Shown: positions 48,436-57,757, counted from the stretch's first letter. The stretch is DNA of 64,000 bases from a virus (IMGVR_UViG_2718217859_000011:23757-87756), one strand, 5' to 3'. Notes: a model not told the origin generated them from the sequence alone. Made by a program: numbers and translations.

Positions 48436-48960
48436 ATGGAACTCAGAAACGTCACGCGTTATTACCCGGAAGAAATGCCTTATGGTGAAAACATTCAGTA
48501 TTTCCGCAGTGAAGACGGACAGGATTTTTATGAATCACTGGATAAATTCACGAAGAAATACAAATTGTGTATTCACCCTGAAACCGGCGTGATTTATTCG
48601 ATGGCGGAAGACGTGTCCCGTCTTTATCCGGCTGGTTTCACTATTGTGGAAGTGGACGAACTGCCGGAGGGTTTTGGCATTGAAGCCTGCTGGTATTACC
48701 GGGATGGCGAAGTGCTGCCGGTTCCGGTTGATTATTCGCAACTGGCAGAAAAGCAACGCCAGCGTCTTCTGGCTGAAGCCAGGGACATCACCTCCGACTG
48801 GAAAACCGAGCTGGGACTGGGCACCATCAGCGACGATGACAAAGCCCGTCTTACGCAGTGGATGGCATATATCAAAGCGGTGAAGGCGCTGGATTTAAGC
48901 CTGGTCAGTGATAAATCTTCCTTTGATTTAATTCAGTGGCCGGAAAAACCTGACGTGTAA
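48436..48960 (+). CDS. Tail fibre assembly chaperone (set 1)
   Basis: 174 aa directly downstream of fibre 1. Confidence 0.65.
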   Translation: MELRNVTRYYPEEMPYGENIQYFRSEDGQDFYESLDKFTKKYKLCIHPETGVIYSMAEDVSRLYPAGFTIVEVDELPEGFGIEACWYYRDGEVLPVPVDYSQLAEKQRQRLLAEARDITSDWKTELGLGTISDDDKARLTQWMAYIKAVKALDLSLVSDKSSFDLIQWPEKPDV

Positions 48961-49008
48961 AACAGTAACGGTCGCTGTCTGGTGACCGTTTTCAGTTCAG
49001 AAGGCTTT

Positions 49009-51288
49009 ATGTCTGTATTAATTTCAGGAGCGCTGATTAATGGCGCTGGCATTCCGATGGCGGAATGCAAAATTTATTTAGATGCACTGGTTAATACCAG
49101 TGAAGTGGTTATTGAATCATTTGCGGTTATTGAAACCGATGCGGCGGGACAGTATGCCTTTGAAGCACAAAAAGGCAAATACACCGTACACATCAAACAA
49201 AAGAACGGCCCTAAGTGCTGTGTGGGTGATATTTCGGTTTACGATGACTCAAAGCCCGGCACACTGAATGATTTTCTGACCGCGCTGGATGAAGGCGACC
49301 TCAAGCCCGACGTGGTGAAACGCTTTGAGGAAATGGTGGCGCAGGCGCAGCAGAGCGCGGAAGCAGCAGCGGAAAGCGAGCGACAGGCCGGGCAACATGT
49401 CGCTGATGCGCAGAAGATAAAGGAAGACTGCGAGACGCTGGCGGATAACGTACAGCAGAATGCAGAAGCCGTTGCCGAAGACAAAAATCAGGTGGCGTTG
49501 CTGGCGTCATCTGCCACACAGGATGCAGCCCGCGCAGAGCAGGCTGTCAAGGATGCCGACACGATAGTCCGGAAAGCGGTCGATAAACTTGCTGATGCTG
49601 CAACGCTGACCGGCGAGGCAAAAGCCAGTGCCGGAGCTGCCGCACAAAGCGAACAGAATGCGGAAAATCACGCTGATAATGCAGCACAAAGCGCACAGCA
49701 GACCGCGCAGGATGTGCAGGCAACGGTCACAGCCCGCAGTGATGCGGAACGTTTTGCGGGTGAGGCAGAAAACAGCGCACAGTCATCAGGCACAGCGCGG
49801 GACGAATCAGTCGATGCCGCCGAACGCGCCCGCCTTTATCATAATACCGCATCATCAGCAGCGACCAGTTCAGGACTGTCGGCAAATGCGGCGCTGGGGT
49901 ACAAAAACAGCGCCGCTGAATACGCCCGACAGGCTAAAGCCAGCCAGGATGCAGGTGCAGACAATGCGCAGGAAGCGAAACAGTACAGGGATGAGGCACA
50001 GCAGATAGTTGATGACCTGAATGCAACAAATGCCAGCACGACAGAAAAAGGTCTGGTGCAACTCTGTAGTGATACGGACAACGACAGCGAGGAACTGGCT
50101 GCCACGCCAAAGGCTGTCAAAGACGTCATGGACGAGACGAAAACAAAAGCGCCACTGGACAGCCCGGCCTTCACCGGCACCCCAACCACCCCAACCCCAC
50201 CGGATGATGCCGCCGGTCTGGAAGCAGCGAACGCAGCGTTTGTGCGCAAACTGCTTGCTGCGCTGGTTGGCTCATCGCCGGAAGTTCTGGACACCCTGAA
50301 CGAGCTGGCAGCGGCGCTGGGCAATGACCCGAACTTTGCGACGACAATCACAAACGCGCTGGCAGGCAAACAACCGCTTAATGACGTCTTAACGGCAATC
50401 AGCGCACTGACGCAACGGGCAGATAATCTTCTGTACTTCAATACAGACGGGAATGCCTCACTGTCTCTGCTGTCAGAGAAGGGCCGCGCATTACTGGCGC
50501 ATGACACGGCTGAAGCCATGCGCACGGAGCTTGAGCTGAGCGCGTCTGCGACGATGGAACCCCAGAGTGATATCCGTGACCGCACACCGGGCAGGCTGGC
50601 CCTGTCCGGGATGTATGGGTTTGGACAGGCATTCACCAGCGCCGAAGCTCTGTCATTTAACGGACAGGCTGATTTCGTTGAGTGGTTGAAGAAAGTCACG
50701 CCGGGGCGGTATGCGGTCAGTATTGCGGACTCCTCCACGCTGCTGGTGGGCACCACGAAATTTAACGGTATCATTGATGTGATGTGGTCACCCTCTGATA
50801 ACAATGGTTCAGACTCAGCGCGTAAATTCAAAACGCTGCTGTACTACAACCAGTATTACGAGGATGAGCACAGCATACATTGTATGCGTTATCGCTACAG
50901 TGGTAACAGCTGGAATGCAACATCAAGCCTTATTGTGTATGACGGCAACTCCCTGGCATATCTGATGTCCTCAACCGCCGGTAATGGTCCGTTCTCATAT
51001 TACCAATACCCGGCCGTCGGTGTGCCGATTATGGCGGTATATCAGGGAGAAAGTTTTGGTGAAAATGCTTCTCTGGGACTCGGTGATACTGTGCCGGGTT
51101 CCCGTCTTGGTCCTCTGGCCATGAGTGCACAGGTTAGTGATACAGGGACATACGCATCCTCACCGCAGGTTGTGATTGGCGGTGCCGGTGAATACAACTT
51201 CCCCGGTCGTTACAAGGCGCTTTCGGGCCTGGGTAACAATTATGGTACTCAGCGTGGCTTTATCGGTCTTTTTGTACGCATTGAGTAA
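49009..51288 (+). CDS. Long side tail fibre protein (set 2)
   Basis: 759 aa; Ala/Gln-rich repeats, ATPKAVKDVMDE motif, C-terminal variable domain. Confidence 0.7.
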   Translation: MSVLISGALINGAGIPMAECKIYLDALVNTSEVVIESFAVIETDAAGQYAFEAQKGKYTVHIKQKNGPKCCVGDISVYDDSKPGTLNDFLTALDEGDLKPDVVKRFEEMVAQAQQSAEAAAESERQAGQHVADAQKIKEDCETLADNVQQNAEAVAEDKNQVALLASSATQDAARAEQAVKDADTIVRKAVDKLADAATLTGEAKASAGAAAQSEQNAENHADNAAQSAQQTAQDVQATVTARSDAERFAGEAENSAQSSGTARDESVDAAERARLYHNTASSAATSSGLSANAALGYKNSAAEYARQAKASQDAGADNAQEAKQYRDEAQQIVDDLNATNASTTEKGLVQLCSDTDNDSEELAATPKAVKDVMDETKTKAPLDSPAFTGTPTTPTPPDDAAGLEAANAAFVRKLLAALVGSSPEVLDTLNELAAALGNDPNFATTITNALAGKQPLNDVLTAISALTQRADNLLYFNTDGNASLSLLSEKGRALLAHDTAEAMRTELELSASATMEPQSDIRDRTPGRLALSGMYGFGQAFTSAEALSFNGQADFVEWLKKVTPGRYAVSIADSSTLLVGTTKFNGIIDVMWSPSDNNGSDSARKFKTLLYYNQYYEDEHSIHCMRYRYSGNSWNATSSLIVYDGNSLAYLMSSTAGNGPFSYYQYPAVGVPIMAVYQGESFGENASLGLGDTVPGSRLGPLAMSAQVSDTGTYASSPQVVIGGAGEYNFPGRYKALSGLGNNYGTQRGFIGLFVRIE

Positions 51289-51302
51289 TGAGGAAATCAG
51301 GC

Positions 51303-51881
51303 ATGAAAATCAGAGCGGTGAAAGGCATCAGAAACGCACATTATCTTGAAAATGGTGCGGTTGACTGCGAGGTGTTATTTGAAGGTGAAACGGAGTTTGC
51401 CCTGTATACCGCCATACAGGATGACACGGCCCCGACAGGCCAGCACATCTGGCAGGAGCTGCAAAGCGGGAAATGGGGCGAAATCGCCCCGTTCACTGTC
51501 ACGCCTGAACTTATTGCAGCGGCAAAGGATGCCAAAAGGCGGGAAATTGAGGCATGGCGCGACAGTCAGGAAAACGTTGAGTTTATTTTCACGTTTGATG
51601 GCCGTCGTTTTGATGGCGGAAAAACCTCGCAGTCACGCCTTGCCCCCGTGGTTGCAACAGCACAGGCCGGACTGCTTCCGGATGGTTTTTTCTGGACTGA
51701 TGCGGATAATAACAACGTCGTACTGACCAGGGAGAAACTTATTGCGCTGAACGATGCCATGATGGTGGCCATGGTGGCGGAGGGCTTTAAAATCCACGAA
51801 CGTCAGCGGAAGATGAAAGAGGAACTGAGTAGCCTGGAGGATTTACGCTCAATCAGAGCGATGGCGATTAGTGGTAATTAG
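51303..51881 (+). CDS. Tail fibre assembly chaperone (set 2)
   Basis: 192 aa directly downstream of fibre 2. Confidence 0.65.
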   Translation: MKIRAVKGIRNAHYLENGAVDCEVLFEGETEFALYTAIQDDTAPTGQHIWQELQSGKWGEIAPFTVTPELIAAAKDAKRREIEAWRDSQENVEFIFTFDGRRFDGGKTSQSRLAPVVATAQAGLLPDGFFWTDADNNNVVLTREKLIALNDAMMVAMVAEGFKIHERQRKMKEELSSLEDLRSIRAMAISGN

Positions 51882-51962
51882 CGGTCAATTCTGGGCTTTT
51901 GGGTTGCGCGCTCCCCGCCCGGAATTGCGCGTCAATTAGCCCAGAAAAAAACGCGAAGTTAC
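51880..51962. repeat. Mu-like right end with inverted copies of the end repeats
   Basis: gcccagaaaaaaacgc and cgcccggaattg are reverse complements of left-end motifs (gcgcttttttctgggcg, caattctgggcg). Confidence 0.5.
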
Positions 51963-52202
51963 ACTTGAGTTACCTTTTTCACCTTTCCGGGTGACTTTTT
52001 TTACCAGCCCAGACTCACAAAGGGCCGCAATATGATTCATCACAGAACGTTTGCTAATCTCGCACTGGTCAGCAATATGCTGGTAGCTGGGCCAGCACTC
52101 CCCCTGATCGCTGGCATTATCAGCCAGCTTGATCAGAACCAGTTTTCGCAATGGATTACCCACTCGAATTTTCATCGCTTTAACCATCAGCTCCATACTC
52201 AT
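51936..52202 (-). pseudogene. 5' fragment of lambdoid O-like replication initiator gene (N-terminal HTH domain), truncated by the Mu-like insertion
   Basis: 88-aa ORF whose last 9 codons are encoded by the Mu-like right end; joins in frame with 12368-12951. Confidence 0.6.
51963..51967. repeat. Target-site duplication ACTTG (right copy) of the Mu-like insertion
   Basis: Matches 12947-12951. Confidence 0.6.
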
Positions 52203-52423
52203 GCTGCACCTCCGAGATGCTTCATGTTTTTTCCGGAGCGAAAGGCTATAAGCGGCATACTGACGCGGTAATTACGGCCCAGCGGTTCACAAATCACCTT
52301 CTGACATTCACGGTCAACCAGGCTAACACGTAGAACATGCCCTGCTGGCGTGGTGTACCACTGACCGGGGAGAGGACAACGGAAAGTCTGATTGGTAAAT
52401 CGTTTGAAAATATTCCGGATCAT
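52199..52423 (-). CDS. Hypothetical protein (74 aa)
   Basis: ATGA overlap with the downstream gene. Confidence 0.4.
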   Translation of the reverse strand: MIRNIFKRFTNQTFRCPLPGQWYTTPAGHVLRVSLVDRECQKVICEPLGRNYRVSMPLIAFRSGKNMKHLGGAA

Positions 52424-53571
52424 TTACGCCCCCTTACCTCTGAAGAGTTCAGCGACGAATGAATAAGACGGGCAAGAAATGCCGCATCGTTAATTCGGTC
52501 ATACAGACTTACAGCCAGCGGTGATTCAGCTTTTTCCAGCATGGGATAAAGCTGCTGCAACCAGACCTGATGAATTGATGAAATGTAGGAATAGAGTACG
52601 CTGGCGTTATGTGCAACGTCGCTCGGTACAGCGGGCTTTGAAAGCTGTTTCTCCATCTGGTTAAAGGCATTGATGTATGCCTCTTTGAACTGGGCAGCAC
52701 GTTTACCCGTGAAACCCATAGCAAGAAACGCAAAACCGTCGCGGGTTATTTGATAGCAAGGTAGTTTGCGGCCTGTGCAATCGGTGTAATCACTCACCGA
52801 AAAATTGCGGGCAGTGAATGATGCGGAGCATTCAAGCGTGCGGATCTTTTTCAGTACATCGTCATGACGTTTGGAGAAGAAGTTGGCAACAGCCAGGGAT
52901 GAAGTAACAGCCTGACCATCAACGATGGCAATTTCAGGTTGAGTGAGGGTTGGGATCGTAGCCATGATGGCAGCCTCTTTGGTGATTTTTAATAACTCAC
53001 CACCAAGGCTTTCCACGACCTTATTGGTGGTGAGACGTACAGGGGTGGAAATACCGGTCACCAAAGAACCCGGCCCAACCGAAGTTGGCCCTGCACGCCC
53101 CACCATAATTTGGGCGTAATGCTGCTCATGACACAAAAAAACCGCAAGAGCGCGGTTGTGCGCTTTGGTGAATTCCGGGTTTCCACGCCCGGCACCCGCT
53201 TTATAAGGTGCCTGAACAGTGTAACGTCCCGGAATGGCAGAATCAATGTGCTGGTGGTCCTTCACACTCAACAAAATCACGCCTGAATTTCCACAAAGGG
53301 CTAAAGCACTCATGCGGGTAGTCTTTGCGAAGATAGATAACGCGCTGTGTTTCTGGCTCCCAACGAATAACATGAACATAAAGTCCTCTTCCGTCACGAA
53401 ACCAGCGGTTAAGTTCCTGCACAACTCGCCCCCCACAGTCAGGTAAAGTTCTCTGTGGTTACTTACAGCCAGGAGATTTGGTAATCTGCATTCATGCCGT
53501 AACAACAGGTGTTCAGCGACGCTGACCACCAGCTGTTGCGACAAATGGTTATTTGCCGTTAAACTGTTCAT
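52420..53571 (-). CDS. Rha-family regulatory protein (Rha domain from the ATG at 52965; the N-terminal 200 codons of the open frame are of uncertain status)
   Basis: C-terminal 181 aa MATIPTLTQPEIAIVDGQAVTSSLAVANFFSKRHDDVLKKI resembles the Rha family; AAGAGG RBS before 52965. Confidence 0.5.
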   Translation of the reverse strand: MNSLTANNHLSQQLVVSVAEHLLLRHECRLPNLLAVSNHRELYLTVGGELCRNLTAGFVTEEDFMFMLFVGSQKHSALSIFAKTTRMSALALCGNSGVILLSVKDHQHIDSAIPGRYTVQAPYKAGAGRGNPEFTKAHNRALAVFLCHEQHYAQIMVGRAGPTSVGPGSLVTGISTPVRLTTNKVVESLGGELLKITKEAAIMATIPTLTQPEIAIVDGQAVTSSLAVANFFSKRHDDVLKKIRTLECSASFTARNFSVSDYTDCTGRKLPCYQITRDGFAFLAMGFTGKRAAQFKEAYINAFNQMEKQLSKPAVPSDVAHNASVLYSYISSIHQVWLQQLYPMLEKAESPLAVSLYDRINDAAFLARLIHSSLNSSEVRGRK

Positions 53572-54131
53572 GCGTTAGTTTCTCCACAGATACAAAACGC
53601 CACGACGCCCGGAGCTGCACACTCGCGGGCGTCACTCTTTTCTGGAGCGCAAAAGATTTTGTAGACCAGTGCTGCATGCTCCTGGAGCTTCGAAATTGAC
53701 AGATACAACTCATCATTAATTGCTGTCTGCTCGTGTGGCTCCACTACCCCATCTTCGATTGCCGAACGAATCTGCTTTGAGTAACTCCCGATCTGTTCGA
53801 TGACTTCCAGCAGGCGCTGGTTTATATCGGCGTTCTCTACTTCCTCAATTTCAGGAAGCGATACAAACACCCCACCAGCAGACTGTGCGACAGCATCCGC
53901 AATGTAGTGAGTGCCAGCCGCGCGCTGTAAAATCATTGCCCATCCCAGCGGGAAAATCTGATCGCCATCTGCACGAAGGCGGTTGAATAAAGCGTTCTCT
54001 GTTACATCCAGCCACTCAGCAGCTTCAGAGTAACCCCCCGGCAACGCCGCGATAGTTTTTCTGACAGCTTTCACGTACCACTCAGGCTGTTTTTCTACTT
54101 TCCAGTGATGCTTACCCACGGTTAGCCTCAT
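53568..54131 (-). CDS. Hypothetical regulatory protein in the cII position
   Basis: 187 aa directly downstream of the Cro-like gene; assignment by position only. Confidence 0.4.
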   Translation of the reverse strand: MRLTVGKHHWKVEKQPEWYVKAVRKTIAALPGGYSEAAEWLDVTENALFNRLRADGDQIFPLGWAMILQRAAGTHYIADAVAQSAGGVFVSLPEIEEVENADINQRLLEVIEQIGSYSKQIRSAIEDGVVEPHEQTAINDELYLSISKLQEHAALVYKIFCAPEKSDARECAAPGVVAFCICGETNA

Positions 54132-54162
54132 CGTTCTGTGGTTAAAAATTAAAGGTGTTCTG

Positions 54163-54363
54163 TTAATCTTTCGGATAGATATCCGGTCTTAAGTCAGATT
54201 TCGTAATTGCACCTGACGTGCATTGCTCAAGTTTTTTAGCCAGCACAAAACTGGCTTTTTTATAACCATTGAAAACCAGCCGTAAGTAGCCTGGTGTTGA
54301 GCCAACTTTTCCGGCCAACTCGCCCTGCTGTTCTTTGGTTAAAGAGTCCCAATACGCTTTCAT
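54163..54363 (-). CDS. Cro-like repressor (Cro/CI-type HTH)
   Basis: 66 aa from MKAYWDSLTKEQQGELAGKVGSTPGYLRLVFNGYKK; divergent from the CI-like gene. Confidence 0.6.
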   Translation of the reverse strand: MKAYWDSLTKEQQGELAGKVGSTPGYLRLVFNGYKKASFVLAKKLEQCTSGAITKSDLRPDIYPKD

Positions 54364-54366
54364 ACA

Positions 54367-54437
54367 ATATGTATCTCTTATATACATATTACATGATTGA
54401 AATGAACCTTCAAGATACTTGTACCCTATCGGTACAA
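54367..54437. promoter_or_regulatory. Immunity-region operator/promoter segment with two palindromes
   Basis: ATATGTAT-n7-ATACATAT (54367-54389) and TTGTACC-ctatc-GGTACAA (54419-54437) between the divergent Cro-like and CI-like genes. Confidence 0.4.
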
Positions 54438-54453
54438 AGGTTTTAATTTCGTT

Positions 54454-55128
54454 ATGAAAACAGTCCATGACATCCGGCGGTCTAACGCCAGAAAACTGAG
54501 AGATGGTGTTGGCGGGAATTCTTCCTTTGCCACCATGATTGATCGCGAACCAACCCAGACCAGCAGGTTTATGGGAGATGGTGCTACTAAAAATATCGGT
54601 GACAGCATGGCACGGCACATCGAAAAATGTTTCGACCTGCCTGTCGGATGGCTTGATCAAGAACACCAGACAACGAACATCACAAAAAAACCTGATGTTT
54701 CAATCACTAATAAACAAATAACGTTAGTCCCTGTCATATCATGGGTACAGGCCGGAGCATGGAAAGAAGTTGGCTATTCTGAGGTTGATTTGAGCACAAC
54801 AGAAACATATCCCTGCCCTGTACCCTGTGGCGAAATGACTTATATATTGAGGGTGATTGGTGATTCAATGATTGATGAGTACCGTCCGGGGGACATGATT
54901 TTTGTCGATCCAGAAGTACCAGCCTGCCACGGTGATGACGTTATTGCATTGATGCACGATACAGGTGAAACCACCTTCAAAAGGTTGATAGAAGACGGGA
55001 CACAGCGTTATCTCAAAGCATTAAACCCCAACTGGCCTGAGCCTTACATTAAGATAAACGGTAATTGCTCTATCATTGGTACAGTTATTTTCTCAGGAAA
55101 ACCAAGAAGATACAAAATTAAAGCCTGA
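54454..55128 (+). CDS. CI-like repressor (N-terminal HTH, C-terminal LexA/S24-type peptidase domain)
   Basis: 224 aa; C-terminal region with Ser...Lys-type self-cleavage domain pattern (RVIGDSMIDEY...KRL). Confidence 0.7.
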   Translation: MKTVHDIRRSNARKLRDGVGGNSSFATMIDREPTQTSRFMGDGATKNIGDSMARHIEKCFDLPVGWLDQEHQTTNITKKPDVSITNKQITLVPVISWVQAGAWKEVGYSEVDLSTTETYPCPVPCGEMTYILRVIGDSMIDEYRPGDMIFVDPEVPACHGDDVIALMHDTGETTFKRLIEDGTQRYLKALNPNWPEPYIKINGNCSIIGTVIFSGKPRRYKIKA

Positions 55129-55140
55129 TCAATGTCTATG

Positions 55141-55166
55141 AACCTGCTTCGGCAGGTTTTTTTATA
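55141..55166 (+). terminator. Rho-independent terminator after the CI-like gene
   Basis: aacctgc-ttcg-gcaggtt hairpin followed by ttttttt. Confidence 0.6.
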
Positions 55167-55323
55167 CTTGACAATGTACCATTAAGATACATAATGTACC
55201 TGCATAAGATATCGAACAGGCAGGACGCCCACGAAGTAGCCGTCCGGGGCATACGAAGACCGGAATGATTCGTAAATAAAAAAGCGCCCAAGTGGACGCT
55301 TCACTTTTGAACTGGATTTATAA

Positions 55324-55533
55324 TCAATTATTTTCTTCATAAATGTTTTGTAATGTATTTATGAGATTTGGTATTTCTTTTATGGGAAAAGAATATATTG
55401 GACTTTCGATAATTTTATCAGATTCAAATGGTGGTTGTTTGCAGGACAGTTGAACTATAACTGAATTATGATCTTTAACTGGCACACAGTACCAACCACA
55501 TACATCAAAAACAGGAGTATTTTGATTATCCAT
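55324..55533 (-). CDS. Small AT-rich protein (69 aa) adjacent to the immunity region
   Basis: ATG at 55533 with GAGG RBS; very AT-rich gene and flanks. Confidence 0.4.
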   Translation of the reverse strand: MDNQNTPVFDVCGWYCVPVKDHNSVIVQLSCKQPPFESDKIIESPIYSFPIKEIPNLINTLQNIYEENN

Positions 55534-55799
55534 TATGTCCTCGACAACTAAAAACACTGCGTACAAACCTCAAAAGCAGGGAGTTATTTATAAAATTTCA
55601 TAAAGAATAATTACTGATAGCGACAATTCATTGTTCTTGAATTTTGAAAAATAGCAAGACAAAACAATGTAAACTTATTTAAGAAAACTTCTTATTATGT
55701 AAACAAAACAACCAATTCGTTATATAGGAAAAACAAATAGTACGCAAGAAAATATTCAACAGGGGTATTACATTCAACCATAAGAGTAATCGTCTCTTT

Positions 55800-56377
55800 G
55801 GTAACTAATACCGAACATTTTATTGTAACACGTCGTATGGCACATGCGTCGTTAGCGGTCTGGGGACGTTAAAGGGGACAATCCACTCCTTGCTCGGGCA
55901 AACAAACCAGGTAGCCGGAATGTGCAAGTCAATGATGATGCTGATAAGACGCCTAACCAGCGTGGCGATCCGGTTTGACGCCTGGGAAGAGACCAGGGTG
56001 CAACGATGAGGGCATTTATGGAGCCGCGACAAAGTGTGGTGCCGTAACTGGCTAAGTGCTCTCAGCGTTGTGGTAATCCGCGAAATGGCGCGGCGGTAAG
56101 TATGGCGGGGTTACTCTTTCCCCGTTGAGGACACCGGATTGTCAGGTTGACCATACGCCTGAGTGACAACCCCACCACAACAGCCACTGCTTTGGCGGTA
56201 CCAGTTTGTACACTTGCTTCCGGCTGGTACCGCTCTTTTTACAAAACAGAGAAGAGCATCACCGGACGACGGGCTCATAACCCAATCCATCCGGGCGGCT
56301 GCCACCGCAGGTGTTCTTCTCTGTTTTGTGGAGAAACCAACCGACCTTGCAGGGTCGATATGATGAGGAGCAGCAAA
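55800..56377 (+). other. ORF-poor, structured leader region upstream of the early operon
   Basis: About 580 bp without a convincing ORF on either strand; several long inverted repeats. Confidence 0.35.
56196..56240 (+). terminator. Strong hairpin with U-tract inside the leader (candidate terminator/attenuator with boxA-like CGCTCTTTTTA)
   Basis: gcggtaccag...ctggtaccgc 10-bp stem followed by tcttttta. Confidence 0.45.
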
Positions 56378-56614
56378 ATGGCTAGCGAACGCAGTACTGA
56401 TGTGCAGGCATTTATCGGGGAGCTGGACGGCGGCGTATTTGAAACCAAAATCGGCGCAGTTCTCAGTGAAGTCGCTTCCGGTGTGATGAACACGAAAACC
56501 AAAGGTAAGGTCTCACTCAACCTGGAAATCGAACCATTTGATGAGAACCGTGTGAAAATCAAACACAAACTCTCATATGTTCGCCCGACTAACCGCGGGA
56601 AAATTTCCGAATAA
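56378..56614 (+). CDS. Hypothetical early protein (78 aa); frame continues past an in-frame TAA to 56740
   Basis: GAGGAG RBS before ATG 56378; in-frame TAA at 56612-56614 followed by 41 further sense codons. Confidence 0.45.
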   Translation: MASERSTDVQAFIGELDGGVFETKIGAVLSEVASGVMNTKTKGKVSLNLEIEPFDENRVKIKHKLSYVRPTNRGKISE

Positions 56615-56805
56615 GACACCACCGAAACGCCGATGTATGTCAATCTCGGTGGTCGCCTGACTATTCTGCAGGAAGACCAGGGACAATTACTGACTCTTGC
56701 CGGTGAACCTGACGGAAAACTACGCGCAGCAGGTCATTAATATCGTTCTTAATTAACTGATTATTTATCTCATCACTGAATATCTTTATATAGTGAGGAC
56801 TTATT

Positions 56806-57630
56806 ATGTCTCAGAACTTAGACGCAACCGCAATTAATCAAATCCATGCCCTTATTTCTGCTCAGGGTGTTAATGAAATTATCAGTAAGATTGGTGCCGA
56901 TGCTGTGGCATTGCCTGAGAATTTCCGCATTCATGATCTGGAAAAATTTAATTTAAATCGCTTCCGTTTCCGTGGTGCGCTTTCCACTGCCAGCATCGAT
57001 GACTTTACCCGTTATTCTAAAGATCTTGCAGATGAAGGCACCCGCTGCTTTATCGATGCCGATAATATGCGTGCCGTCAGTGTGCTTAACCTGGGTACTA
57101 TTGATGAACCAGGTCACGCAGATAACACCGCCACTCTCAAACTGAAAAAGACAGCGCCGTTCTCTGCTCTGTTGTCTGTTAATGGCGAGCGTAACTTCCA
57201 GAAGTCACTGGCAGAATGGATTGAAGACTGGGCCGACTACCTTGTGGGCTTTGATGCTAATGGTGACGCCATTCAGGCAACAAAAGCAGCTGCGGCAGTC
57301 CGTAAAATCACAATTGAAGCAAACCAGACCGCTGATTTTGAAGACAATGACTTCAGCGGCAAACGCTCTCTGATGGAGTCTGTCGAAGCGAAGACCAAAG
57401 ACATTATGCCAGTGGCATTTGAATTTAAATGCGTTCCGTTTGAAGGTCTGAAAGAACGTCCGTTTAAATTACGCCTCAGCATTATCACTGGCGATCGTCC
57501 TGTACTGGTTCTGCGCATTATTCAGCTGGAAGCGGTGCAGGAAGAAATGGCTAACGAATTTCGTGATCTGCTTGTTGAGAAATTCAAAGACAGCAAAGTA
57601 GAAACCTTTATTGGTACTTTCACCGCCTGA
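56806..57630 (+). CDS. YfdQ-like prophage protein (DUF2303-type)
   Basis: 274 aa; recalled resemblance to CPS-53 YfdQ (unverified). Confidence 0.5.
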   Translation: MSQNLDATAINQIHALISAQGVNEIISKIGADAVALPENFRIHDLEKFNLNRFRFRGALSTASIDDFTRYSKDLADEGTRCFIDADNMRAVSVLNLGTIDEPGHADNTATLKLKKTAPFSALLSVNGERNFQKSLAEWIEDWADYLVGFDANGDAIQATKAAAAVRKITIEANQTADFEDNDFSGKRSLMESVEAKTKDIMPVAFEFKCVPFEGLKERPFKLRLSIITGDRPVLVLRIIQLEAVQEEMANEFRDLLVEKFKDSKVETFIGTFTA

Positions 57631-57757
57631 TTTCATTACTGCAAATGCCCCTGCGGGGGCATTTATGGAAACGTAATTAACTCAATAATCGCCTGAAGGC
57701 GAGGGTTTTCTTTAACCAAAATTCAGAGCGGTGCAGCGCATATACGTGGAGAACAAA

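Larger units (their letters stand above)
12952..51962 (+). mobile_element. Mu-like transposable prophage (~39 kb) inserted in the lambdoid O gene
   Basis: Gene order c(-), ner, A (DDE transposase), B, gemA, mor, lysis, terminase, portal, F, G, I, T, sheath, tube, tape measure, baseplate, fibres; terminal TTCTGGGCG-type repeats in inverted orientation; flanking 5-bp direct repeat; boundaries +/-1 bp. Confidence 0.8.

Noticed and set aside
49839-50831. 330-aa minus-strand ORF
   Set aside because: Antisense to the long tail-fibre gene; Ser/Ala-rich low-complexity product.
51963-51963. Alternative Mu-like right boundary one base further (terminal CA at 51962-51963)
   Set aside because: That boundary gives the expected Mu-type 3'-CA but breaks the perfect 5-bp ACTTG duplication and the in-frame O reconstruction; the boundary is reported as 51962 with +/-1 bp uncertainty.
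52966-53571. N-terminal 200 codons of the long frame containing the Rha domain
   Set aside because: No recognisable domain and no RBS at 53571; the Rha domain has its own ATG with an AAGAGG RBS at 52965, so the extension is probably untranslated or a separate unrecognised gene. Kept only as a note in the feature.
55800-56377. Possible retron msr/msd or group II intron
   Set aside because: No reverse transcriptase or maturase ORF anywhere nearby; retained only as an unexplained structured leader.
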